From the NCBI GenBank assembly GCA_002763075.1, contig PFDB01000015.1, positions 5,747 to 69,746 on the forward strand: a DNA stretch of 64,000 nucleotides. The letters are read 5' to 3'. The notes under the pieces were generated by a model that was not told the origin of the DNA, did not search any database, and worked only from the letters and a program-made list of their open reading frames with translations. Origin of the DNA: Candidatus Pacearchaeota archaeon CG10_big_fil_rev_8_21_14_0_10_34_76 (GTDB lineage Archaea; Nanobdellota; Nanobdellia; Pacearchaeales; GW2011-AR1). Within the stretch, counting starts at the first letter, position 1. Each line of letters starts with the position of its first letter. Positions 28,141 to 38,748 of the stretch are shown in pieces. A program made the translations under genes and the position numbers.

Positions 28141-30507
28141 ATGAAGAGGTTATGTGTATTTTTAGGACTTTTTTTAGTTAGTTTTACTTTCTTTTTTGGA
28201 GTTGTTAGTGCGCAAACTTATCAATGTGGAGCAGATCAGACTATATTGAGACTTTCTGCTGAAACGAACGCCCATGCTGAAATCTACAACGGGGCTGGAA
28301 ATTATCCAAAAGACATTTGTTATAATGAAATCTTTGGAAAAATTTTTGATGATGATGGTAATCCTGATAACAATCAAAATTGTGCAGGAAATGGTGTTTT
28401 GAGACTTTCTGCAAATACTAATGCTCACGCTGAAAGATTAAATCAAGGAAATTATAACGTTGATGTATGTTTTGGAGATTTGGTTTGCACAGCTAGAACT
28501 GGAGCTTGTCAAGGAACTGAAAGAGAAATAGTTTCCTTGTCTTCAGACACAAACGCCCATATTGAAGTTGCAAATAAAAATAATTATGGTACTATAATCT
28601 GTTGTTCGTCTGCATTTGCAGGAGGCGGGGGCGGGATTGGAGATTTTAATTCTGCTGAATGGAGAGATAAAAATGGACAGACACGAATATATAATGCTAA
28701 TAATGGCTCAACTGTGACACTTTATACGACTTCTAGTTTTGAAAATGGACAAAATATCATTTTTGAGGTATGGGATGATGATAACGGAAATGGAGCTAGG
28801 GATATTGGTGATGATAATGTTGGAACCTCAATGAATGCTCAAGTTAGTGGAGGGATTGCTAGCGTCCAGCTTCTCATAACTGCAGATATGGTAGAAGATG
28901 CTAATGATGGGAATGATTGTGGAATAGGTGGAGGACTTGAATTCTATTTCGATGCTTTAGGCGGCCCTGATAATAAAAAGATAACTTCTGGAAAAATGAC
29001 TGTGGATTGTAAAGAGGATGATTCTTTTGAGGGAAAGATAACTGCGCCTGTGCATCAGGGAGTGTATTTCACTGGAAAAGAAATAACTTTTGAACAAGAT
29101 TATGGAAGTGATGATGACTTTGATTTCTTGTGGAAAATAACTGGAAAAGCTGATAAGAATACAGATACATTTGGAATCACATTTGGAATTAATGAGGTCG
29201 GAGAGAAGATTGTGACATTGAGAGTTACTGACAGCGAAGGGAAATGGACAGAAGAACAAAGAGCCATATTAGTTGTGAGCGCAAATAAAAAAGAGAATTT
29301 TGCTTTCATAAACCAGCCATTCCATCTTCAGCTTGTTTCTGAAAAAACAAATACTGGGGGAGATAATAGATATAATCTTACTATAGATTATGCTGCTAAT
29401 GATAGTTATGTCCTACAAGTTTCACCTTCTGGAGAATGCCCTGGTGTGATTTGTCTTGCTGGGAATTGTCCGAGTGAGACAGAAAGTGTTCCCAATGGAT
29501 GCACGGATGCTGATGGAAAACTAATAATTAATGGATATAGGGGTTGGGCTAAAACAAACTGGACATGGATATTTGACCAGGATAGTAATTTTAGTATTGA
29601 AAATGCAGGATTCAGGAATACATATGAATATGGGAGAAATGAGGCTGGGGAGAGATTGATAAAACTGATATTTGGATATAACAATCCTTCAAATGGAATA
29701 TTCATAACAAAAGAAGTTACAAGAACATTCAATTTAGGACAGTGTCAAAACAATGGGCAAACTTGGTATGATATAAATGATGCTAACGGGTTGCCTGAAT
29801 TACCTGGATATGATACAAGACAGCCAAATGGAGCATGTGTTGGACCAGATGGAGATGTGGATATTGATAATTTGAATTCTAAAGTTAATAATGATAATTG
29901 CTGTTTTGGAGATTGGGTATGTGGAGACCCATTGAATACGGGAGATAGAAACCAGTACAAATGTTATGATACTACAGAAGATGACAATATTCAGTATTGT
30001 AGTGATTACACTAATGAGTTAGCATGCGAAAATTATAATGAAGGAATATTAAAGAATCATGATGATTATGATAGAGAGCCAAAGTGTGGTGAGAGAGATG
30101 ACAGAGGTAACCTTGTAGAATGTGGATGTGAATGGATTGATGTTAATGATGACACCAATTTCCAATGTGAATTCTTTAAGGACACTAATCCTTCTTTTGG
30201 AGGAGGAAGCAATGCTGATAGAAGCAGATGCAGTTATGATTATGAATATGGTGAATGTGAGAGTGGATATAGAACTATAGACCTAGATGCTACATTCTAT
30301 TGTGGCAATAATGTGGCAGGTGATGGAGAAGTGTGTGAGGATGGTTATAATGCAGAAGAGTTTGGGTGTGTTGATGAGACCAGAACAATATTATGTGGTG
30401 CTCCCTCAATAGACCTTGGATTCTTTGGATGGAAGCAATTCGTGATAAGTTTGATTGGTATATTCCTTGCTTATAGTATAATCCATCATGGAAAAAAGAG
30501 AAAATGA
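28141..30507 (+). CDS. Large Cys-rich membrane-anchored surface protein with three SxxTNAH repeats and PKD-like domain
   Basis: Signal peptide; LSAETNAH/LSANTNAH/LSSDTNAH; VTLRVTDSEG; C-terminal TM + basic tail. Confidence 0.75.
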   Translation: MKRLCVFLGLFLVSFTFFFGVVSAQTYQCGADQTILRLSAETNAHAEIYNGAGNYPKDICYNEIFGKIFDDDGNPDNNQNCAGNGVLRLSANTNAHAERLNQGNYNVDVCFGDLVCTARTGACQGTEREIVSLSSDTNAHIEVANKNNYGTIICCSSAFAGGGGGIGDFNSAEWRDKNGQTRIYNANNGSTVTLYTTSSFENGQNIIFEVWDDDNGNGARDIGDDNVGTSMNAQVSGGIASVQLLITADMVEDANDGNDCGIGGGLEFYFDALGGPDNKKITSGKMTVDCKEDDSFEGKITAPVHQGVYFTGKEITFEQDYGSDDDFDFLWKITGKADKNTDTFGITFGINEVGEKIVTLRVTDSEGKWTEEQRAILVVSANKKENFAFINQPFHLQLVSEKTNTGGDNRYNLTIDYAANDSYVLQVSPSGECPGVICLAGNCPSETESVPNGCTDADGKLIINGYRGWAKTNWTWIFDQDSNFSIENAGFRNTYEYGRNEAGERLIKLIFGYNNPSNGIFITKEVTRTFNLGQCQNNGQTWYDINDANGLPELPGYDTRQPNGACVGPDGDVDIDNLNSKVNNDNCCFGDWVCGDPLNTGDRNQYKCYDTTEDDNIQYCSDYTNELACENYNEGILKNHDDYDREPKCGERDDRGNLVECGCEWIDVNDDTNFQCEFFKDTNPSFGGGSNADRSRCSYDYEYGECESGYRTIDLDATFYCGNNVAGDGEVCEDGYNAEEFGCVDETRTILCGAPSIDLGFFGWKQFVISLIGIFLAYSIIHHGKKRK

Positions 30508-33083
30508 AGAGGAGAGTTTTTGTTTTAAGCTTGTTCTGTGCGATGTTCATTGCAGGATTTGCGGTTGCAGGATTTGATTTTAAGAATGATGGAATAATTT
30601 CACAATATAATGGCGGGGATATAATAAGTGGCTGGGTAAACATCAGTTTTGAAAATGAACCAATAAACTCTCCTGTGACTAGTAACTTTGAAGGAGGAAT
30701 GAGCCTGCTTGATTTGTTAAATGCAAATAATCTGACTAGGGGGAGTAACTATACCTGCAACACCTTAGGATGTGTGGATAAATATGCGAGAGGAAATATA
30801 ATAAACTCATTAAATCTGGGTGAAAGTAGAACTGCAGGATTATCAGTTCAGGGAAGCTCTTTCCAAGAAATTACTCAGGTGGAATTCAAGGTATCTGGAA
30901 ATGCGGGAGCGAGTTGTTTTAGTCCTCTAAGGATTGATCTTTTAGATGACGGGGAAAATATTCTTTCTTCAGAAAATTATACTGATGAGCAGTGCTTCAA
31001 CACTAAATATGGGTGCTTTGAAGATAACTTGGAGTCAGGGGAATATCAAAAAATAGAAATCCCATATGATGGTGGAGTTTTCTGTGAGAGAGTTAGCTTA
31101 CCCCCTGCACCCGCATATAAAATTGGAGCAGTGATAGACAACAATGGAAACGACATTTCAGATCTTACGATGGGCTTGAGAGATTTGGGAGGAAATGTTC
31201 TTGCTGAATGTACATTACCTAAAAACACTCAAAACATACAAAATAGAGAATGTATTGTGGAGTATAGTTCTGTAGATAGTGCAGAGTATTTTGTTTGTGT
31301 AAATGCTGAAGAGACTTCTAGCTATAAGATAAAAGTTGAATTCAATAACGTTTGCGGGACAGATTCTCCGGGCTCTGGATCAGAGAATATTGACTATGAA
31401 ATATTTGCTAAGAATCTTAAGTTTGGATCTCCGTCTATAAAAATAGATAGTGATAGTTTTGAGCAAGTGACAAGAGAAAATCTCATTGAATATTTTGAAA
31501 ATCACATTTTTGACAATTATAATGGAAATTGCCAGCCGAATTGTGTAATTCCAATGAGGTTCATAGGTGCAGAACAGAAGCTTAGTTTTAGTGATATTAT
31601 ATTAAAATATAAGATTGCTGGAGGAGCTGGAGGGGAAATTGTAAATAATAGGATTTATAATGTTGATAATGAAAATGCAAAAATCTCTTCTGGAGCATTA
31701 AAGTTAGAATTATCTCATGCAAGTTTTGAGATTCCATCTGGAGAGGACGAAAGGGATTTTGAATTAATTATTGGAGGAGAAAGAGTTTTAGTAAATGGCA
31801 TTAATGTTTCATATGGATTTGATTTTGATGTTTATCCAAGGTTTTCATCTTATGGAAGGGATACTGAATTTAGAATATTTTCTTCAGAGAATATTACTTC
31901 TTCAAGATGGAAATTTGGAGATGGTGGGATTGAGAGTGTTTCAGGTGGGAGCGTTATCCATAGGTATACCGAACAAGATACATTTATGCTAGAGGTGAGT
32001 GCAACAAAGAAAGATGAAAAAAGCTCTACAAAAACATTCAATATTATTATTGGGGATGCAAGGGAGGCCGCTAATGCGACAATAACTGATTACAAGGAAA
32101 GGATTATCAATATCCAGGAAGATATAACTAGATATCCTTTGTGGGTTCAGGAAATATTAAAATCAAATCTTAGAATATCTAATCTGAGTTCTGAGGTCAA
32201 TGCGTTAGAGACAAGATATAAAACTACGAGCAATGAAAGCAGTTTTGAGAATATTATGAATGAATTGCTTGAACTTGAAATTCCTAAATCTATTGAAAGC
32301 TCGAGGAATGGAACACTCCCAATAGGATATCTTGATTTTGTAGATACTAGATATATTGAAGATATAAGTCAGAAAAGTGTTGATGATCGTGCAGGACTTG
32401 AATCAGATATCTTGAAGTGGATGAATCAAAATCTTAACGGAAACATAAAATTTGAGAGCGTAAGGGGAAATTATGATTATGGGGATGAAGACATTATTAC
32501 ATTTTTCAGTATTGAACCCAAGCCAAGTGTTGAGCTGCGAGATACTTTCTTGATAATAGATTTCTCGATTGATCAGATATATTTTATTAAAGATTATGGA
32601 CAAGAAGAAGTTTTAGGTGCTACTTACCTCCCTATTGCTGACCAAAGGATAATTGAATTTGCAATACTTGAAGATGTGGGCGTTAGTAGCCTTGGAGCAT
32701 ATATTTCCCCCATAGTTGATGAGTTGGGAAGTTATACTTCTATAATTGAATGCAATTATAATAAAAAATGCGAAAAAGCAAGGGGCGAGAGTAATGATAA
32801 TTGTCCAAATGATTGTAGGCCTTATGGATTAGCAATTGTTATAGTGTTGATTGTCGTTTTACTTGGAATTATTGCTTTTGTTGGTATGAAAATGTGGTAT
32901 AAGTGGAATTATGAAAGATCTTTATTCAAAAAAAGAGTAGATTATGTAAATATTATGAACTTCATTGAGACTGCAATAAGTAAGGGACTTAGCTCTTGGG
33001 AAATAAGGAAAAGACTAAAGAAAGCAGGGTGGACTGGAGAGCAGATAGGTTATGCTATTAAGAAATTTAAGAGATTAAAGTAA
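30504..33083 (+). CDS. PKD-domain membrane protein
   Basis: Signal peptide; WKFGDG...HRY PKD motif; TM helix; cytoplasmic KG.S..EIR..L..AGW tail. Confidence 0.75.
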   Translation: MKRRVFVLSLFCAMFIAGFAVAGFDFKNDGIISQYNGGDIISGWVNISFENEPINSPVTSNFEGGMSLLDLLNANNLTRGSNYTCNTLGCVDKYARGNIINSLNLGESRTAGLSVQGSSFQEITQVEFKVSGNAGASCFSPLRIDLLDDGENILSSENYTDEQCFNTKYGCFEDNLESGEYQKIEIPYDGGVFCERVSLPPAPAYKIGAVIDNNGNDISDLTMGLRDLGGNVLAECTLPKNTQNIQNRECIVEYSSVDSAEYFVCVNAEETSSYKIKVEFNNVCGTDSPGSGSENIDYEIFAKNLKFGSPSIKIDSDSFEQVTRENLIEYFENHIFDNYNGNCQPNCVIPMRFIGAEQKLSFSDIILKYKIAGGAGGEIVNNRIYNVDNENAKISSGALKLELSHASFEIPSGEDERDFELIIGGERVLVNGINVSYGFDFDVYPRFSSYGRDTEFRIFSSENITSSRWKFGDGGIESVSGGSVIHRYTEQDTFMLEVSATKKDEKSSTKTFNIIIGDAREAANATITDYKERIINIQEDITRYPLWVQEILKSNLRISNLSSEVNALETRYKTTSNESSFENIMNELLELEIPKSIESSRNGTLPIGYLDFVDTRYIEDISQKSVDDRAGLESDILKWMNQNLNGNIKFESVRGNYDYGDEDIITFFSIEPKPSVELRDTFLIIDFSIDQIYFIKDYGQEEVLGATYLPIADQRIIEFAILEDVGVSSLGAYISPIVDELGSYTSIIECNYNKKCEKARGESNDNCPNDCRPYGLAIVIVLIVVLLGIIAFVGMKMWYKWNYERSLFKKRVDYVNIMNFIETAISKGLSSWEIRKRLKKAGWTGEQIGYAIKKFKRLK

Positions 33084-33129
33084 GCGCAAGATTTATTAAA
33101 AGCTCAAATCAATATAGTTCAGGAAAAGA

Positions 33130-33768
33130 ATGATAAGAATATTAAAAAACATATCAAAGAGGATTTTAGGAGGCCTTTTCAAAAAGCGTGATAACCTAAA
33201 AATTGGATTCTATGGTCCACCTAATGCTGGAAAAACTAGCCTTGCTAATATCATCTGTAAAGATTGGACAGGAGAAGAGATTGGAAGCGTAAGTGATATT
33301 CCTCATGAAACTAGAAAAGTTCAATTCAAGGAAAAAGTTGAGGTAAAACATAAGGGAAAAGTGCTGACTTTCAAGATGATTGATACTCCTGGAATAGCCA
33401 CTAAAATAGATTATGAAGATTTTCTAAAGTTTGGGGTAAACAAAAAAGATGCTAAAAAGAGAGCTAAGGAAGCAACACAAGGAATTATAGAGAGCATAAA
33501 ATGGCTTGATGATATGGATGCTGTAGTAATTGTACTTGACTCTACCCAAAATCCTTATTCACAAGTTAACATAACTATAGTTGGAAATCTTGTTGCTAGA
33601 AAAATACCTGTCCTGATAGTTGCAAACAAGATGGATTTGAGAAAGGCTGAAATCAAAAAAGTTGAAGCAGCATTTCCTGAATATGATGTTGTCGGAATAT
33701 CTGCCAAAAAAGGGGAAAATATAGAAGAGTTTTATGAATCACTCTTCAAGCTGGCAAAAAAAATTTAG
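33130..33768 (+). CDS. oapA: Era-like GTPase (origin-associated protein OapA family)
   Basis: GPPNAGKTS, PHETR, DTPG, ANKMD, SAK; followed by DUF2073 and Zn-ribbon genes. Confidence 0.88.
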   Translation: MIRILKNISKRILGGLFKKRDNLKIGFYGPPNAGKTSLANIICKDWTGEEIGSVSDIPHETRKVQFKEKVEVKHKGKVLTFKMIDTPGIATKIDYEDFLKFGVNKKDAKKRAKEATQGIIESIKWLDDMDAVVIVLDSTQNPYSQVNITIVGNLVARKIPVLIVANKMDLRKAEIKKVEAAFPEYDVVGISAKKGENIEEFYESLFKLAKKI

Positions 33769-33797
33769 ATAAACTTTAAAATAGATAATATATTATA

Positions 33798-34220
33798 ATG
33801 AAAATGAAGAAAAGAGAGGTGAGAAGTTTTAATGGAAAGCTCAGTGGATTTAGTCTTCAGATAATTCCATTTTCTGAAGTTAGAGATTTGTCTATAAACG
33901 ATAGAGTTAGAAAAATACTAAAACTTGTGCTTTCAAATAAGATAATAATCTTGCAAGGCAAGCTTAGAGCAGAAGAAGAGATAAGGCTTATTGAAGATAC
34001 GATGGCCATGGTAGACCATGTGAAGAATTTCAGAGGTATTGAACTTGCAGTTATAGAACCAGATATGAGCAATCCAACATTCATGCAGAAATTCAAGAGA
34101 AATCTTGCTAAATCTCTCGTTGGACATTCAAATTCACTTACAGTCATTGGTCCTGCTGCTATTGTAAAAGAGATAAAGAGAGATCCAAGCAAGATAGAAG
34201 TGATGCTTGGGAATAATTAG
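33798..34220 (+). CDS. oapB: DUF2073 family (OapB)
   Basis: IIILQGKL.AEEE..LIEDTM...FRGIE...LTVIGPA. Confidence 0.85.
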   Translation: MKMKKREVRSFNGKLSGFSLQIIPFSEVRDLSINDRVRKILKLVLSNKIIILQGKLRAEEEIRLIEDTMAMVDHVKNFRGIELAVIEPDMSNPTFMQKFKRNLAKSLVGHSNSLTVIGPAAIVKEIKRDPSKIEVMLGNN

Positions 34221-34224
34221 GTTT

Positions 34225-34635
34225 TTATTCTAGGGTTTTTAATATTTCGTTTGTTGTATAGATTTTAATCTTATTCTGAACCTTAAAATGCTTGTCGTTG
34301 CTCCAAATAGGGCATGAAAGAGCTATTGCTGAGGCAATGAAAATGCAATCTTCTTCATCTGTTTCTCCAATTATTCTTAAAGAATCATAGATGTATGGTC
34401 GTAATGTTTCAGTTTCAATGAATTCAATATATTTGCAAAGAAGATTAATTAATTTCCAAATTTCTGATTTTGATAATCCAGATTTTTCAACCAGTAGGGA
34501 TTCATGTTTTTTGATTTCATCAAAAACAATTTGAGGCATCAAAAAATTATATCCCGAATAAACTATAATCTCCCTTGTCTTGCTATCTTTAATAATCGCT
34601 GAAATCAAGATATTTGAATCAAGAATTATTTTCAT
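34225..34635 (-). CDS. PIN-domain toxin (VapC-like)
   Basis: ILDSNILIS, DEEDCIFIA, IWSNDKHF. Confidence 0.9.
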   Translation of the reverse strand: MKIILDSNILISAIIKDSKTREIIVYSGYNFLMPQIVFDEIKKHESLLVEKSGLSKSEIWKLINLLCKYIEFIETETLRPYIYDSLRIIGETDEEDCIFIASAIALSCPIWSNDKHFKVQNKIKIYTTNEILKTLE

Positions 34636-34860
34636 TTATTTTTCTGCAAATCTTTTGTAAGATGATTTCTTTATCTTTTTTCCAATTTCTTCTGCATCTT
34701 CTATTGTCAATTTGCTTTTAGAGACGATATTTTCTATGGTCTCAAGATCGTTTATCCTTTCTTCTATTGCTCGCCTTGCTATCTCGCTCCATTTGATTTC
34801 ATTGAATCTTCTCATTCTTCTAAAGAGTTCTTCTGGAATTGCTAAAGTTATATTTGTCAT
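34636..34860 (-). CDS. RHH-type antitoxin (VapB-like)
   Basis: MTNITLAIPEELFRRMRRFNEIKWSEIARRAI, directly upstream of the PIN gene. Confidence 0.85.
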   Translation of the reverse strand: MTNITLAIPEELFRRMRRFNEIKWSEIARRAIEERINDLETIENIVSKSKLTIEDAEEIGKKIKKSSYKRFAEK

Positions 34861-34946
34861 ACTTAAATATGTTTTTTCACATATTTAAGTTTTTGTCTTT
34901 TTGATTTTACATAAATCTTTATTAATGCTAATAGTGTGAATTTTGT

Positions 34947-35324
34947 ATGCCACATAGATGTGTTCATTGTTCTGCAGTATATAGTGATGGTTCAGAGGAA
35001 ATCTTGAAAGGATGCAGTTGTGGGAGCAGGTTCTTTTTTTACATAACTCAAGAAAAGTTAGATAAGTTAAACGAATCAAAGGATGATGAGATTGATTTGA
35101 ACAATAGCGAGAAGAAGCAGATAGAGAAAGATGTGAGGGAGATTGTTGGCGCTGAAGATGATGAGACTCCTATTGTGCTGGACTTTGAAAGCATAAAGAT
35201 ACTCAAACCAGGGAAGTACCTTCTTGACTTACATAATCTGTTCAACAGAGAAAGACCTCTTGTGTATAAGCTTGAAGATGGAAAATACATAATTGATTTG
35301 ACAACCACTTTAGAGAAAGATTAA
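34947..35324 (+). CDS. oapC: DUF2072 Zn-ribbon protein (OapC)
   Basis: MPHRCVHC...ILKGCSCG..FFY; ESIKILKPGKY.LDL; GKYIIDL. Confidence 0.88.
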   Translation: MPHRCVHCSAVYSDGSEEILKGCSCGSRFFFYITQEKLDKLNESKDDEIDLNNSEKKQIEKDVREIVGAEDDETPIVLDFESIKILKPGKYLLDLHNLFNRERPLVYKLEDGKYIIDLTTTLEKD

Positions 35325-35390
35325 CCTAATGTCAATAAGCAAGGAAAGATATTTAAGGTCTGAGCAATAGTGCTTTATTGAGAGAGGAAG

Positions 35391-35879
35391 ATGCAAATAA
35401 ATATCGAAAAAAAACATGCGTTTATGATTCTTGGTGCTATCTTTATTCTTAGTGGTGTAATTTTGGTCTACGCATTTGGCACAAATAACCCTCCTGTTTT
35501 TGGACATTCTCCTGGGGAGATTGCTCCAGGAACTTTTAATGGAACAGGCTCAAGTGATTGGATATTTCCAGGCAGAGTAAGACCAACTATGCTTTGTCTG
35601 AGCGGAACGTGCAGAGATAAGTGGTATAGTTTTGATTATCCTGTAGATATTTTTCTCTTGCCTGGAGGAACAGATATGGAAAATAAGACCAACATAGGTA
35701 GTAGACTTAATGACTTTTGTGTATTGCAGAATGTGCAAATAGGACAGGAGGGATCTAATTATCAGGAAGCAGGATGCCAGATAGCTTATGACGGGTTGGA
35801 AGTACAATTAAGGGCTTATAGGAGCCAGTCTACTCAAAAAGTTTATTGTAGAGCAATATGCATGCCAGTTTTGCTTTAA
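35391..35879 (+). CDS. Small membrane-anchored Cys-rich protein, paralog A
   Basis: AFMILGAI TM, GH...PGTF, C-terminal FC.LQ..GCQI..AYR..QKV.C.A.C. Confidence 0.7.
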   Translation: MQINIEKKHAFMILGAIFILSGVILVYAFGTNNPPVFGHSPGEIAPGTFNGTGSSDWIFPGRVRPTMLCLSGTCRDKWYSFDYPVDIFLLPGGTDMENKTNIGSRLNDFCVLQNVQIGQEGSNYQEAGCQIAYDGLEVQLRAYRSQSTQKVYCRAICMPVLL

Positions 35880-35943
35880 AGGTTAAATTTCTGAGTTAGA
35901 TGGTAAGGGTAAGATATTTAAATAAACTTAGTCTTTTTACAAC

Positions 35944-36501
35944 ATGAAGATTGAGGTGAATATAAGCAAGCGTTATGCTTTCATGATTCTTGGTGCTATT
36001 TTGCTGGTTGGAGGAATATTTATGGTGAATGCAATTACTCCGAATCCAGGACACGATGCTAGCAGTGTGGGTCCAGGAACATTTTCTGGGATATCTAGCG
36101 ATACTTGGAGTTTTCCTGGAGGAGTTAACGCGAAAAATATCAGCGTTGAGGATATTTGTATAGGAGAGGGTTTGGGATATGATTGCATGACAAGAGTTCC
36201 TAAGAGGTCTTACCTTGAACATGGCTCAAATTACTACGACTTCAACTCTATAGACCTCACAACTGGAAGCCAGTTAGACGTTCAGTTAGATATAGGTAAT
36301 GCATATAATTCCTTTTGTGCATTACAACAAATGCAAATCTGGGGGGACGATTCTCAGCCTGTTGGATGTCAAATATATTCTCCTGATGGCGATTGGCAGA
36401 CCGGAGAGATCTATTTACATGCTTATAGGGGCAATATAAATCAAAAGGTATTTTGTGCTGCAAATTGTATAAGAAATATGCCTCCGATTGGTGTAGGTTA
36501 A
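35944..36501 (+). CDS. Small membrane-anchored Cys-rich protein, paralog B
   Basis: Same motifs as 35391. Confidence 0.7.
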   Translation: MKIEVNISKRYAFMILGAILLVGGIFMVNAITPNPGHDASSVGPGTFSGISSDTWSFPGGVNAKNISVEDICIGEGLGYDCMTRVPKRSYLEHGSNYYDFNSIDLTTGSQLDVQLDIGNAYNSFCALQQMQIWGDDSQPVGCQIYSPDGDWQTGEIYLHAYRGNINQKVFCAANCIRNMPPIGVG

Positions 36502-36544
36502 ATTAATTAAAACAATTTAAAAACGTCTTAGTCTTCTATGTAGT

Positions 36545-37870
36545 ATGTCAATAAAGAGTGTGCTTAAAGATGAGCTTGAGTGTATTATTCCTGATGAAAA
36601 GATTGTAAAACAAGCAAAGGACTTTTCTAAATTGTTTATCCAAGAATTAAACAAAGAACTTGGGGGTGAGGGGCTTGAGGTGCAAATATTCGTTGGAGGA
36701 AGTTTTGCAAAGAATACTTTTTTGAAGAAAGATAAATATGATGTGGATGTTTATGTGAGGTTTGATTGGAAATATGACAATATATCTAAATTACTAGAGA
36801 AATCATTGAAAAGATTGTGCGATGCTAAAGAATTGAAGTATGAAAGCTTGCATGGGAGTAGAGATTATTTTAGGGTTTTTCCAAGTAAAGAGGGGAATGG
36901 ATTTTATATTGAATTGATACCTGTTACAAAGATAAGAAACCCTAGAGAAGCAAGAAATGTGACTGATTTGAGCTATTTTCACGTCTCTTATCTGAAGAGG
37001 AAAGCCAAGGGTTTAGAAAATGAAATAAGACTTGCTAAAAGATTTATGCAAGCTCAGAATGTTTATGGGGCTGAGAGTTATGTTCATGGGTTTTCTGGTT
37101 ATGCTATTGAATGTCTTATCATACACTATAAGAGTTTTGAAAAAATGCTTAAGGAGCTTGTGAAAGTAAAGCATGGGGAAAGATTAGTTATTGATATTGA
37201 GAAACATTATAAGAGAAAAAATGATGTTTTTTTTGAACTTAATGAGAGTAAATTACATAGCCCTGTAATTATCGTAGATCCCACGTTTAAAGAGAGAAAT
37301 GCTCTCGCTTCCCTTAATAGGGAGAGTTTTAAAAAATTCCAGGAATCTGCTGAAAAATTCTTGAAAAATCCTGATAAGAGTTATTTTATTGAAAAGTCCT
37401 TAGATTTAGATTCATTAGAGATGAAATCTAAAAAAAATAATTCTGAATATTTGAGAGTTCTTTTGAGAACAGATAGACAAAAAGGAGATATAGCTGGGAC
37501 TAAGTTAAAAAAATTTCATTATTTCCTTGAAGAAGAATTAAAAAGATATTTTGAGATAATAGAACATCATTTTGTGTATAATGAAGATAAAGGACAAAGA
37601 GCTGAGGTTCATATTATCTTAAAACCCAAGAAGGAAATTATAATGATTGGGCCCCCTGTAAATCCAAAAGATAGTAAGAAAAAAATAAGGTATATGGAGA
37701 AACACGTTGAGGCTTTCAAAAGAGCACATAAAGATGTTTTTAAGAAAAATGGATTTTGGCATGCTAGAGAAAAAGTCAATTTTAACGGAAAAGGATTTTT
37801 AACTAATTGGGTCAAAAATAACGGGGATAAAATGAAAGAGATGGGTGTGACTGAGTTAAAGGTGGATTAG
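36545..37870 (+). CDS. cca: Archaeal class I CCA-adding enzyme
   Basis: GGSFAKNTFL...DVDVY, YGAESYVHGFSGY, DPT...RN. Confidence 0.93.
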   Translation: MSIKSVLKDELECIIPDEKIVKQAKDFSKLFIQELNKELGGEGLEVQIFVGGSFAKNTFLKKDKYDVDVYVRFDWKYDNISKLLEKSLKRLCDAKELKYESLHGSRDYFRVFPSKEGNGFYIELIPVTKIRNPREARNVTDLSYFHVSYLKRKAKGLENEIRLAKRFMQAQNVYGAESYVHGFSGYAIECLIIHYKSFEKMLKELVKVKHGERLVIDIEKHYKRKNDVFFELNESKLHSPVIIVDPTFKERNALASLNRESFKKFQESAEKFLKNPDKSYFIEKSLDLDSLEMKSKKNNSEYLRVLLRTDRQKGDIAGTKLKKFHYFLEEELKRYFEIIEHHFVYNEDKGQRAEVHIILKPKKEIIMIGPPVNPKDSKKKIRYMEKHVEAFKRAHKDVFKKNGFWHAREKVNFNGKGFLTNWVKNNGDKMKEMGVTELKVD

Positions 37871-38643
37871 TATCCTAAGTGTTTCTCATACATTCCTGCA
37901 AGGGATTTAGAAAAGAATGGGGTGTTTAACCATATTGCCACTTCTTCATCAGCAGTTTCTTGATTTATCATGAATAGAACTTCTTTTTTATCTGCAATGT
38001 ATAACCTTCCTGGATGATCTGCATGCTTTGCTTTTAGATTGAATTTTGAGTTCAATTTTTTTACTCTTTCTGGTTCTCCTGAGAGTGCTATCTTAACCTT
38101 AATATTATCTTTATTCAATCTATCAATCACAGGCAAGAGAACTCTTGATTTATCTTCAAAATCCCCTATAGAAGTGTAAATGAAAACTTCTTTTTCTGCA
38201 CTGTCTGCTAGCTCTTTTATTTTTGTCATGATATTCTGCCTTCCCCTCATGAATCCTGAAATTTCTTCTGATTTTATTGGTGATATTCCTGTCTTGTATA
38301 ATTGTTGAAGTTCAGTAAATTCTTTTGTATCATTCAAGTTAGCAAGAGTCTTTACTTTTTCTTGAGCGTCATTGAAAACATTTGATTTCATTTTCTCTAA
38401 AACCTGTTCTGGTCTTACTGCAATATATTTTATTGGCTTTCCTACCTTAACAACTGCAAATCCTCTTTTTGCTAAAGATTCAAGGACATCATAGGTTCTT
38501 GAACGAGGAACTCCTGAGAGTTCTGCTGTCTCTCCTGCAGAAACAATGCCTTTTGAAAGCAATGCCAACCAGACTTTAGTCTCATAGATATTCAGATCAA
38601 AGTAGTCTTTGATTTTTCTTACTAGTTCTTGATTTACTATCAT
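37867..38643 (-). CDS. TrmB-family transcriptional regulator
   Basis: LNIYETKVWLALL...SGVPRSRTYDVLESL. Confidence 0.92.
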   Translation of the reverse strand: MIVNQELVRKIKDYFDLNIYETKVWLALLSKGIVSAGETAELSGVPRSRTYDVLESLAKRGFAVVKVGKPIKYIAVRPEQVLEKMKSNVFNDAQEKVKTLANLNDTKEFTELQQLYKTGISPIKSEEISGFMRGRQNIMTKIKELADSAEKEVFIYTSIGDFEDKSRVLLPVIDRLNKDNIKVKIALSGEPERVKKLNSKFNLKAKHADHPGRLYIADKKEVLFMINQETADEEVAIWLNTPFFSKSLAGMYEKHLGY

Positions 38644-38748
38644 GTAAAGGTGATAAATAACGGGTATTTAAATGTTTTGGTTTTGTTGTGACTTAAGGGT
38701 GACATTATAAATGAAAGATTTAAAAAGGGGGATTGACAGAGCTAAATT

